Shown in pieces: positions 27,494 through 36,032 of a stretch of 64,000 nucleotides of DNA. How positions within the stretch are numbered: position 1 is the first letter of the stretch; each line of letters starts with the position of its first letter. This DNA is from Paracoccaceae bacterium. Lineage in GTDB: Bacteria; Pseudomonadota; Alphaproteobacteria; Rhodobacterales; Rhodobacteraceae. The stretch lies in contig JAQWQJ010000077.1 in NCBI GenBank assembly GCA_029244725.1, positions 128,640 through 192,639 on the forward strand. Reading direction: 5' to 3'. The translations under genes were made by a program, and so were the position numbers. The notes under the pieces were generated by a model, which saw only the letters and a list, made by a program, of their open reading frames with translations, ran no database searches and had not been told where the DNA came from.

Positions 27494-28516
27494 ATGCGCG
27501 TCGCAGTTGCAGGAGGACTAACAGCCGTTGGAAGGTTAATCGCTTTGCGGCTGGTTGCGGGGGGGCACGAAGTTGTCGTGATCGACTCTGCCAAACCTGA
27601 ATTTGCGGCTGACTGGATCAAAGTAGAATTCTGCGACCCTGCTACCGTTGTCCATGCAGTTGATCAGCTCAAGGGTGACTTCGACGCATTAGTTAGTGCA
27701 ATAGACTGGCCGCCGCTAAAAAGTAGCTCCCAAGACATCTTGGTAACGCGGTTCTTGAGTGCTCGGCTGTTGTTGGAAACAATGATTGAAAGGCTATCGT
27801 CCGGAGCTTCAATTTTGACTGTTTCGTCGAGGGCTGGCTGGCAGTGGAAACAGCATTACGAACAGGTTCAAGTCCTTATGGGCCTTTCCTCGGTCGCGGA
27901 GATCGCAGATTTCGTTCGTTCAGACGAAATTGACAACCTCCGTGCATATGCGCTGGGAAGTGAAGCCCTGATCGCGTGGACGACGACCAAAACGGAAGAA
28001 CTTTTGTCGCGAGGGATCCGCGCAAACACTGTTAGCCCTGCAGCGGTTCAGGATGAGTACTTTGACGAATTTACTGAGTTGCTGGGTGGAAAGGCTGTTA
28101 AGAATGTTGAACGGGCGGGCAGGGTAGGGCAGCCCGACGAAGTCGCAGATGTGATTGAATGGTTGTTGTCGTCTAAAAGCTCGTGGATCAAGGGGCAGGA
28201 TATCATTGTTGATGGTGGGATCGGCGCGATGATCACCAGCGACAAGCTCCAAAACGCGTCCCAGACAAAACAAGATATGAGCGTTCTTGGCATTGCGACC
28301 AGCCCAAGCGTTTTGAAACGGTCGGCCCGCATTGCACTTGTCGTGGGGTTGGTGCTTGCTGCGCTAAACCACGGCGATCGCATCTTTGCCGGCAATGTGG
28401 ACACGAATACGTTGTTAAAAATCTGTTTGACCTTTTTTGTTCCGTTTTGTGTCTCAACCTATTCATCGGTTCTGGCAGTGCGCAGCAATATGCAACGGAT
28501 TCAGTCGCCGATTTAG
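27494..28516 (+). CDS. Atypical SDR/NAD(P)-binding domain fused to an NrtS-like two-TM C-terminal domain
   Basis: The ATG at 27494 follows a GGAGG SD. The N-terminus VAVAGGLTAVGRLIALRL is Rossmann-like. The C-terminal roughly 70 aa (ARIALVVGLVLAALNHGDRIF...FFVPFCVSTYSS) resembles the NrtS nitrate/nitrite-transporter family. Confidence 0.55.
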   Translation: MRVAVAGGLTAVGRLIALRLVAGGHEVVVIDSAKPEFAADWIKVEFCDPATVVHAVDQLKGDFDALVSAIDWPPLKSSSQDILVTRFLSARLLLETMIERLSSGASILTVSSRAGWQWKQHYEQVQVLMGLSSVAEIADFVRSDEIDNLRAYALGSEALIAWTTTKTEELLSRGIRANTVSPAAVQDEYFDEFTELLGGKAVKNVERAGRVGQPDEVADVIEWLLSSKSSWIKGQDIIVDGGIGAMITSDKLQNASQTKQDMSVLGIATSPSVLKRSARIALVVGLVLAALNHGDRIFAGNVDTNTLLKICLTFFVPFCVSTYSSVLAVRSNMQRIQSPI

Positions 28517-28639
28517 CGTGGGCTCCCACTTCGGTTACGCTGCATTTTTGGTAGTATGCAATTGTGGATCCTAAATCGACAACAAGGAAATCGAACTGAT
28601 CAACCCTATGACTGCGTTGTAACAACGTAAACAAAAAGA

Positions 28640-28755
28640 CCCGAACAACTCTTAGGGATAATCATAATCCGCGTGTCGGGGGTTCAAGTCTCTCCTCCGC
28701 TACCAAATATTTCAAGACCCGAGGCTGAAAAGCCCGGGTCTTTTTGGTTTTGGGG
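28640..28755 (+). repeat. 116-bp element, copy A: tRNA-like T-arm/ACCA module plus CU-rich tract plus intrinsic terminator
   Basis: 113 of 116 positions match 34829-34944. It contains GGGGGTTCAAGTCTCTCCTCCGCTACCA, followed by the hairpin GACCCGAGGC-TGAAAA-GCCCGGGTC and TTTTT. Confidence 0.85.
28716..28750 (+). terminator. Rho-independent terminator of the 17.5-28.5 kb gene string (inside repeat copy A)
   Basis: A 9-bp GC-rich stem with one bulged A, a 6-nt loop, then TTTTTGGTTTT. Confidence 0.75.
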
Positions 28756-29050
28756 CGTCGATGTGGATCAAAATTTTAGAATGCTAGCCATGAATTGTTG
28801 AAATTGGTTCACTGATATTTGCGAGAGTTTGTTTGGGCCTATCAAAGGGCTTCTCTCAAACAAATATGTTTCATACCGTACCCTTTGCAAACGCGGTTCA
28901 TATGAATTTTTTGAATTAGGATCGTCGAGCAAAAAATAAGAGATCAATCGGTTTTCAACCAAACTTGATCAATCTCGGCTTGTCAGCTCAACCAATTCGT
29001 CGGTAGCATCAACAAGAAGAGTATTGTGACACCTGATAGGAGGAGGTCCG

Positions 29051-30952
29051 ATGATGCAGTCCAGACCGGAACGAAGCACAACAATCGTTAAGCCATTTAC
29101 GCAAATCCGTTTATTGAACGCGCTTGCAGTTGGAACATTAATCTCGGCTGCGTCTCTTTCGACAGAGCTTTGGGCAGAGGATAGTATCATCGTCAGCCAT
29201 GGGTACTCCAGTTATGGATCTTTGAAATATGGGCCGGATTTCAAGCACTTAGACTATGTGAATCCAGATGCGCCGAAGGGTGGTGAAATCTCGGTGTGGG
29301 CGCAAGGTACTTTTGACACGATGAATCCTTATGTGTCCAAGGGCAGCACCGGATCTATGGCGAGTATTGGATATGAACGGCTTTTCACAAGCACGTCAGA
29401 TGAAGTCGGGTCATCCTATTGCTTGCTTTGCACGACGATTGAGTATCCTGAAGATGAAAGCTGGGTGACATTCAACATCCATCCTGATGCCGCTTTTTCG
29501 GATGGCTCGCCTCTGACGGCGCATGATGTCGTTTTCACCCACAATTTATTCATGGAACAAGGATTGCCCTCGTTCAGGGACGGCGTGTCGGCAATTATCT
29601 CAGGTGTTGAGGCGCTGGATGACCAGTCGGTGCGGTTTACATTTCAAGATGATGCACCTGATAAGGGACGTATAGGCCAAGCGGGGGCTACCGTGGTTTT
29701 CCCTCAGGCTTGGTACGAAGAAACTGGTGCGCGCTTGGATGAATCACGGTTTGATATAGCACCGGGTTCAGCGGCTTATATGCTAGACAGCTATGATGTG
29801 AACCGCCGCATAATTTACAAACGCAATCCGAATTATTGGGGAAAAGACCTGCCAATTAACAAGGGCAGGGAAAACTTCGATACGATCCGTGTTGAGTATT
29901 TCGCGGATTCTACCGCCGCGTTTGAGGCCTTTAAGGCTGGTGAATTCACGTTCCGCCAAGAGAATTCATCACTCAGCTGGGCAACGGCCTATGAGTTTCC
30001 CGCTTTGGACGAAGAGTGGGTTGTGAAAGAGACCCTTGAGAATGGTAATTTACCGTCTGCAACCGGGTTTATCTTCAATCTGCGCAAGGAAAAACTGCAA
30101 GACGTTCGTGTCCGTCAGGCGCTTGCGCTGATGTATAATTTCACTTGGACCAACGACACGTTACAGTATGGACTATTCCAGCAACGAGAGAGCTTCTGGC
30201 AGGGCAGTAAGCTGGCCGCGCAAGGTTTGCCAGAAGGACGAGAGTTGGAGCTATTGGAAGGCGTTCGTGATCTTGTCGATCCCACCGTTTTCACGGAAGC
30301 AGCTGTGATGCCGCATGTTTCAGGTGACCGTCAGCTAGATCGCGGAAATATGAGAAAAGCGTCTGAGCTTCTGGACGCCGCTGGGTGGATCGCCGGTGAC
30401 GATGGCATACGACGGAAAAACGGTGAGACGCTGGAAATTGAGTTCATAATGTACTCACCTACGTTTGATCGTATTCTAAACCCTTATGTGAACAATCTGA
30501 CCCGGCTGGGCATTGAAGCGACCTACAATCGCATTGATTCAGCGCAGTATTCTGAACGTTATTACCAATTCGACTTTGATATGATCTTTGGCGGCTACCG
30601 CGTTGGGCTGGAAGAGGGCAGCGGCATGCTGCAAAAATTCGGGTCGGTCGGATTAGGAGATGTGTTCAATCCGGCGGGTTATTCGTCAGAAGCTGTGGAT
30701 GCGTTGCTGCCAAATGTCACCAGCGCCGAAACCTATGAGGAAATGGCGGCAGCCGTGCGTGCTATTGATCGGATTATGCGGCGCGAAATGTTTGTCGTTC
30801 CTGTCTGGTATCTCGGTAAATACTGGGTGGCATATTACGATATGTTTGAGCATCCGGAAGAATTGCCACCGTACGCCCTAGGTCATCTGGACTTCTGGTG
30901 GTTCAATCAGGACAAAGCGGACGCGCTGCAAGAAGCCGGCGCTTTTCGCTAA
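29051..30952 (+). CDS. yejA: ABC transporter substrate-binding protein, family 5 (YejA-like peptide/microcin C type)
   Basis: 633 aa with a signal peptide. It is followed by two permease genes and a double-ATPase gene in the yejABEF order. The ATG follows an AGGAGGAGG SD. Confidence 0.7.
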   Translation: MMQSRPERSTTIVKPFTQIRLLNALAVGTLISAASLSTELWAEDSIIVSHGYSSYGSLKYGPDFKHLDYVNPDAPKGGEISVWAQGTFDTMNPYVSKGSTGSMASIGYERLFTSTSDEVGSSYCLLCTTIEYPEDESWVTFNIHPDAAFSDGSPLTAHDVVFTHNLFMEQGLPSFRDGVSAIISGVEALDDQSVRFTFQDDAPDKGRIGQAGATVVFPQAWYEETGARLDESRFDIAPGSAAYMLDSYDVNRRIIYKRNPNYWGKDLPINKGRENFDTIRVEYFADSTAAFEAFKAGEFTFRQENSSLSWATAYEFPALDEEWVVKETLENGNLPSATGFIFNLRKEKLQDVRVRQALALMYNFTWTNDTLQYGLFQQRESFWQGSKLAAQGLPEGRELELLEGVRDLVDPTVFTEAAVMPHVSGDRQLDRGNMRKASELLDAAGWIAGDDGIRRKNGETLEIEFIMYSPTFDRILNPYVNNLTRLGIEATYNRIDSAQYSERYYQFDFDMIFGGYRVGLEEGSGMLQKFGSVGLGDVFNPAGYSSEAVDALLPNVTSAETYEEMAAAVRAIDRIMRREMFVVPVWYLGKYWVAYYDMFEHPEELPPYALGHLDFWWFNQDKADALQEAGAFR

Positions 30953-30971
30953 CACCTGATCGGGACATTTT

Positions 30972-32063
30972 ATGGGCGCCTATATTCTTCGACGGCTACT
31001 GCTCGTGATCCCCACATTGTTGGGGATCATGATACTGAACTTTGCGCTGACGCAATTTGTTCCCGGCGGTCCGATTGAGCAGATGATTGCTAAAATGGAA
31101 GGGCGGGGCGATGTGTTTGAGACCATTGCTGGCGGGCGCGGAGATATTGAGATTGCAGCCCCACATGAAGACAACGCTGCGTCCCGTTATGTAGGTGCGC
31201 GTGGACTACCGGAAGAATTTATCACCGAGTTGGAAAAAGAGTTTGGCTTCGACAAACCCCCAGTCGAGCGTTTTCTGACAATGATGTGGGACTATGTCCG
31301 TTTTGATTTCGGCGAGAGCTGGTTCCAATCGAAAACGGTCGTGGACCTCGTACTCGAAAAGATGCCGGTTTCGTTGACGCTTGGGCTTTGGTCGACGCTG
31401 ATCGCCTATATGGTTTCGATCCCCTTGGGCATTCGTAAAGCGGTGCGCGATGGTAGCCGATTTGACACTTGGACCAGTGGGGCCATCATTGTTGGTTATG
31501 CAATTCCGGGATTTCTTTTCGCGATCTTGTTAATCGTCCTTTTTGCTGGGGGATCGTATTGGCGGGTCTTTCCTCTTCGGGGTTTGGTCAGCGATGATTG
31601 GGAAAGCTTGTCGGCAATACGGAAGTTGCTGGACTATTTCTGGCATATCAGTTTGCCCGTTCTTGCGTCTTCAATCTCAGGTTTTGCAACTTTGACTTTG
31701 TTGACTAAAAACTCATTTCTAGAAGAAATTAAGAAGCAATATGTGATGACCGCGCGGGCTAAGGGATTAACTGAAAAGCGGGTTCTGTACGGTCACGTTT
31801 TTCGCAATGCTATGCTGATTGTCATTTCGGGATTTCCCGCGCTTTTCATCGGCGTTTTCTTTGGTGGCTCTGTGATTATTGAAACGTTGTTCAGCCTCGA
31901 TGGGCTGGGACGGCTTGGCTACGAGGCCGCGCTGTCCAGGGACTACCCAGTGGTATTCGGTACGCTCTTTGCGTTTTCTTTACTTGGCTTGGTAATATCG
32001 ATCATCACGGATCTAACGTATATGTTCATCGACCCCCGCATTGATTTCGGGGCACGCGGATGA
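30972..32063 (+). CDS. yejB: ABC transporter permease (YejB-like)
   Basis: 363 aa. It is a DppB/OppB-type permease with an extended periplasmic loop, as is typical of YejB. Confidence 0.7.
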   Translation: MGAYILRRLLLVIPTLLGIMILNFALTQFVPGGPIEQMIAKMEGRGDVFETIAGGRGDIEIAAPHEDNAASRYVGARGLPEEFITELEKEFGFDKPPVERFLTMMWDYVRFDFGESWFQSKTVVDLVLEKMPVSLTLGLWSTLIAYMVSIPLGIRKAVRDGSRFDTWTSGAIIVGYAIPGFLFAILLIVLFAGGSYWRVFPLRGLVSDDWESLSAIRKLLDYFWHISLPVLASSISGFATLTLLTKNSFLEEIKKQYVMTARAKGLTEKRVLYGHVFRNAMLIVISGFPALFIGVFFGGSVIIETLFSLDGLGRLGYEAALSRDYPVVFGTLFAFSLLGLVISIITDLTYMFIDPRIDFGARG

Positions 32064-33202
32064 GTCGCCGCATTATGCTATCCCATCTGAACCAACGACG
32101 TTGGCGGAATTTCAAACACAATCGGCGGGCATTTTGGTCAATGTGGATCTTTGCGGTTTTGTTCGGGATAAGCCTGTTTGCTGAATTCTTGGCAAATGAA
32201 AAGCCGATCCTTGTCAGCTATCGTGGAGAATTGCGCAGCCCGATAATGAGCTTCTATTCCGAAGCCGACTTTGGTGGGGATTTTAAAACCGAAGCGATTT
32301 ATCGAGACTCGGAAGTTCAGTGCCTCATCATTACTGGCGGACTAGAGGCGTGTTTCAATGATCCTGAGACATTGATGTCTGATGTTAGCAATGGCAGTTT
32401 GCGGGCTGAAGGGTTTTCCAAAGGCTGGGTCGTTTGGCCAGTGATCCCTTATTCCTTTAATACAGTGGTGGACCGACCTGGCGCCGCACCCTCTGCGCCT
32501 GATAAATACAATTGGTTGGGCACTGATGACACCAAGCGCGATGTGGTTGCGCGCGTGATTTATGGTTTTCGGCTTTCAGTATTTTTTGCAATTCTGGTTG
32601 TGACACTGTCATCCATTCTCGGATTGATTGCAGGAGCCATCCAAGGGTATTTTGGTGGTTGGACAGATTTGGTGTTTCAACGCTTTATCGAAATTTGGAC
32701 AGGTATTCCCTCTCTTTATGTCATCATCATCCTGTTCGCGATTTTGGGGCGGAGTTTCTGGCTTCTGGTGATCCTAACGGTTCTGTTCGGCTGGCCCGCA
32801 TTGGTGGGAGTTGTGCGGGCAGAGTTTCTGAGGGCGCGCAACTTTGAGTATGTCAGGGCCGCGCGTGCGCTTGGGGTCTCGGACCGCAAGATCATGTTCC
32901 GTCATGTCCTGCCCAATGCGATGGTCGCCACGGTCACGATCCTGCCATTCCTAGTCACGGGGGCAATCGGGTCTCTGGCGAGTCTCGACTTTTTGGGCTT
33001 TGGTTTGCCGTCTTCGGCGCCGTCTCTGGGCGAGTTGACTCTGCAGGCAAAGCAAAACCTTCAGGCGCCGTGGCTTGGGTTCGCGGCATTCTTTACGTTT
33101 GCGGTCATGTTGTCATTGCTCGTGTTTATCTTTGAGGGCGTCAGAGACGCTTTTGATCCTAGAAAGACGTTCACTGGGTCCAGAGTTGAGGATGACAAAT
33201 GA
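32060..33202 (+). CDS. yejE: ABC transporter permease (YejE-like)
   Basis: 380 aa. It is a DppC/OppC-type permease whose start and stop overlap the neighbouring genes. Confidence 0.7.
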   Translation: MSRRIMLSHLNQRRWRNFKHNRRAFWSMWIFAVLFGISLFAEFLANEKPILVSYRGELRSPIMSFYSEADFGGDFKTEAIYRDSEVQCLIITGGLEACFNDPETLMSDVSNGSLRAEGFSKGWVVWPVIPYSFNTVVDRPGAAPSAPDKYNWLGTDDTKRDVVARVIYGFRLSVFFAILVVTLSSILGLIAGAIQGYFGGWTDLVFQRFIEIWTGIPSLYVIIILFAILGRSFWLLVILTVLFGWPALVGVVRAEFLRARNFEYVRAARALGVSDRKIMFRHVLPNAMVATVTILPFLVTGAIGSLASLDFLGFGLPSSAPSLGELTLQAKQNLQAPWLGFAAFFTFAVMLSLLVFIFEGVRDAFDPRKTFTGSRVEDDK

Positions 33203-34785
33203 CAGATCCGTTGCTCAGCGTGAAAGACTTGAGAGTCTGGTTTCAACAGGACGGTGAAATAACCAACGCCGTGCGCGGGGTTTCGTTTGACGTTCATCGC
33301 GGCGAAACAGTCGCGCTGGTTGGTGAAAGTGGATCGGGCAAGTCCGTCACTGCGCTTTCGTCGGTCCAGTTGCTTGGGGATAGTGCTAACGTTGCAGGGT
33401 CGGTCATGTACGACGGCTCGGAGATGATAGGCGCCCCTGAGCGCGAGCTGCGAAGAGTGCGCGGCAATGACGTAAGCTTTATCTTCCAAGAACCAATGAC
33501 GTCTCTCAATCCACTTCACACGATTGAAAAACAGCTTCGTGAAATTCTGGAGCTTCATCAGGGCGCACGCGGCCCGGACATCCAAAACCGGATTGTCGAG
33601 TTGTTGGAGCGGGTAGGGATGCCTGACGCAGAAATCAGGTTGGCTTCCTATCCGCATCAGCTGTCGGGTGGACAACGCCAAAGGGTTATGATCGCGATGG
33701 CCCTTGCAAACGGGCCGCGTCTGCTGGTGGCAGACGAACCCACAACAGCCTTGGACGTAACAATTCAAGCACAAATCCTTGAGCTGCTTCAAGACATCAA
33801 AGATGACGATGGGATGTCGTTGCTGTTCATCACCCATGACCTCGCGATTGTGCGCAAGATTGCCGATAGGGTTTGCGTGATGAAGGATGGTGAAATAGTC
33901 GAGTTCGGACCCACAGCCGATATATTTGCCCACCCCAAGCATCCTTATACGAAAAAGCTGTTGTCAGCCGAGGCGGGTGGTCAACCCGTTGACGCGGATC
34001 AAAACGCTGAGATTGTTGCCGAAGTTCAGGACCTACGCATTTGGTTCCCGATCCAACGCGGGCTTTTAAAACGGACCGTTGGCCATATCAAAGCGGTGAA
34101 CAATGCTAGCTTTAGCCTTAGGGTGGGCGAAACCATTGGGATTGTTGGGGAAAGTGGGTCCGGGAAGACGACTTTGGCAATGGCTTTAACACGTCTGATC
34201 CATTCAAGAGGGCGAATCGTCGTTCTTGGGCGAGAGATCTCGAATTTGTCGCAACGGCAAATGCGACCGCTGCGCAAGGAAATGCAGATTGTGTTCCAGG
34301 ACCCGTTTGGAAGCCTAAGCCCGCGTATGACGGTTGCCGAAATCATTGCTGAAGGCCTTGAGGTTCACGGAAAAGCGGAGACAGAAAGCCAACGCGATTT
34401 GGTGGCAATAATGATGGAGGAGGTTGGTCTAGATCCCGATCTAATGGATCGCTATCCGCACGAGTTTTCGGGTGGCCAAAGGCAGCGGGTTGCGATTGCA
34501 AGGGCCATGATCTTGAAGCCAAAACTGGTCATATTGGATGAACCCACCTCTGCATTAGACACTACGGTACAAATGCAAATCATCGTGTTGCTCAAGGATT
34601 TGCAGCTGAAATACGGCTTGGCATACTTGTTCATCAGTCACGACATCAAAGTCGTTCGAGCCTTGGCACACAGAGTGATCGTGATGTTAAATGGAGATGT
34701 GGTCGAAGAAGGCATTACGAAGGAAGTGGTTGATAACCCTCAGTCTGAGTACGCTAAAACACTGATGGCATCAGCCAACTCCTAA
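33199..34785 (+). CDS. yejF: ABC transporter ATP-binding protein with duplicated ATPase domains (YejF-like)
   Basis: It has two Walker A motifs (GESGSGKS twice) and two LSGGQRQR signature motifs. 528 aa. Confidence 0.8.
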   Translation: MTDPLLSVKDLRVWFQQDGEITNAVRGVSFDVHRGETVALVGESGSGKSVTALSSVQLLGDSANVAGSVMYDGSEMIGAPERELRRVRGNDVSFIFQEPMTSLNPLHTIEKQLREILELHQGARGPDIQNRIVELLERVGMPDAEIRLASYPHQLSGGQRQRVMIAMALANGPRLLVADEPTTALDVTIQAQILELLQDIKDDDGMSLLFITHDLAIVRKIADRVCVMKDGEIVEFGPTADIFAHPKHPYTKKLLSAEAGGQPVDADQNAEIVAEVQDLRIWFPIQRGLLKRTVGHIKAVNNASFSLRVGETIGIVGESGSGKTTLAMALTRLIHSRGRIVVLGREISNLSQRQMRPLRKEMQIVFQDPFGSLSPRMTVAEIIAEGLEVHGKAETESQRDLVAIMMEEVGLDPDLMDRYPHEFSGGQRQRVAIARAMILKPKLVILDEPTSALDTTVQMQIIVLLKDLQLKYGLAYLFISHDIKVVRALAHRVIVMLNGDVVEEGITKEVVDNPQSEYAKTLMASANS

Positions 34786-34828
34786 GCCTGTCAGGGAAAG
34801 TCGTATTCTGTAGGGGTTTAGAGTTCGG

Positions 34829-34944
34829 CCCGAACAACTCTCAGGGATAATCATAATCCGCGTGTCGGGGGTTCAAGTCCCTCCTCCGCTACCAAATAAT
34901 TCAAGACCCGAGGCTGAAAAGCCCGGGTCTTTTTGGTTTTGGGG
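34829..34944 (+). repeat. 116-bp element, copy B: tRNA-like T-arm/ACCA module plus CU-rich tract plus intrinsic terminator
   Basis: 113 of 116 positions match 28640-28755. It starts 43 nt after the yejF stop codon. Confidence 0.85.
34905..34939 (+). terminator. Rho-independent terminator of the yejABEF operon (inside repeat copy B)
   Basis: The hairpin and T-tract are the same as in copy A. Confidence 0.75.
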
Positions 34945-34954
34945 TTCTAGGATG

Positions 34955-35578
34955 CTAATCCAGATCTAGGAATGGCGGCTCCTGAATTTCTGTGTTTGTA
35001 ATAATGTGATTGCCTTGGTTGTCTTGTTTAGTGTTTGATTTCGGCTCAAATATTGGCATTTCCCGATTAAATGCGCCGAAAACAAACCGCGCGGAACCTT
35101 TCGCAATTTCGTTGTCGACGATTTCTGAAAAGTCAAAGTCAACACGCCGAAGAAAGCCGGTGTCTGTCTTTCTCAAGCGAATGTTTTCTGAGTTTTTTAT
35201 AAGCTCACTCTCATCAAACTCTTTAAACGGCCCTTTGAGTAGGACAGTCGCTCCCGACGACGATGTTCTAACCCGGTCCAATTGGTCCGCAACTGTGTCC
35301 CTTAAAGGGCGACGATCCTAATCAAAAACGCTTGCAAAGCAGAAGTTTCGCTGTTTTTCAAACGTCCTGGCGGGATACGAGTTTGTGGCAGTGTTAACGC
35401 AAAAATCCAAACTCCTCTTCCAAAACAACAGGATCCAAGGCTCATTCGCCGGAGCCAACGTGTTTTCTAGAACTTGGTCTGCCTCACTGCTAGTCGATTT
35501 GAGCCTAGTTTCGCTTTGCGTAAGATTGACGTCTGACTGATTGGTTGCCAAGCTCGTCAGAGCGCCGGTCGCCGTCAA
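34955..35578 (-). pseudogene. Hypothetical protein ORF split by an in-frame TAG (35318-35320)
   Basis: ORFs 35318..35578 and 34955..35281 are in the same frame. They are separated only by a TAG and 12 sense codons. I recognise no family. Confidence 0.35.
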
Positions 35579-35595
35579 TAACCAAGGAAGTGAAA

Positions 35596-35961
35596 ATGAA
35601 AGCCGTTCAGCCGCATGAAAGAAAAGTTGTCAATATCCATGATGAAGGTGCCTTCACGTCTTATGATCCGTCATCGGTTTCTGAAACAGGCACTCAATAT
35701 ATTCAGTTGAACGAGAAAGCGGGCCTTAATGAAGGCTTTTACATATATCGGATGGAGCCCGGAGCCAGTTCGACTCCGCATCGTCATGGCGGTGCCGAGG
35801 AGTTTTTGATGGTTCAAGGAGAACTGATCGACAATGACGGCACGGTTTACAAGCAGGGCGATGTAGTGTGGTTAGGCGCTGGAACTGAGCATACGTCGCA
35901 TACCAAAACTGGATGCGTAATCGCAGTGTATGCAGAGGCTGCCGAGGAAGAACCCGGTTAA
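35596..35961 (+). CDS. Cupin-domain protein (ChrR-like cupin)
   Basis: It starts MKAVQPHERK. The segment STPHRHGGAEEFLMVQGEL...GTEHTS matches the cupin motifs. Confidence 0.6.
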   Translation: MKAVQPHERKVVNIHDEGAFTSYDPSSVSETGTQYIQLNEKAGLNEGFYIYRMEPGASSTPHRHGGAEEFLMVQGELIDNDGTVYKQGDVVWLGAGTEHTSHTKTGCVIAVYAEAAEEEPG

Positions 35962-36032
35962 GCTGATTCAAGATCGTTTCATAATCCAAAAAAAGTGCGA
36001 CAAAATCTGCTGGTTCGTCCGTATTACAGTTC

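Noticed and set aside
28640-28705. The tRNA-like module as a functional tRNA, or as the acceptor piece of a two-piece (permuted) alphaproteobacterial tmRNA.
   Set aside because: No complementary 5' acceptor strand exists upstream in either copy. The putative anticodon hairpin does not fit tRNA spacing, having only a 4-bp stem, and A33 would replace U33. The acceptor strand CTCCGCT cannot give the G3-U70 pair or the ...CUCCACCA end expected for tmRNA. A strong terminator follows the CCA directly rather than a coding piece.
28768-29190. Short minus-strand ORFs (64 and 73 aa) between repeat copy A and yejA.
   Set aside because: They lie in the AT-rich promoter region, and the second overlaps the yejA start. 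Neither has an SD or any family resemblance.
33061-33942. A 293-aa minus-strand ORF.
   Set aside because: It is almost entirely antisense to the yejE/yejF coding region, mostly the strongly supported yejF double-ATPase gene. It has no recognisable motifs and a biased, Cys/His-rich composition typical of shadow ORFs.
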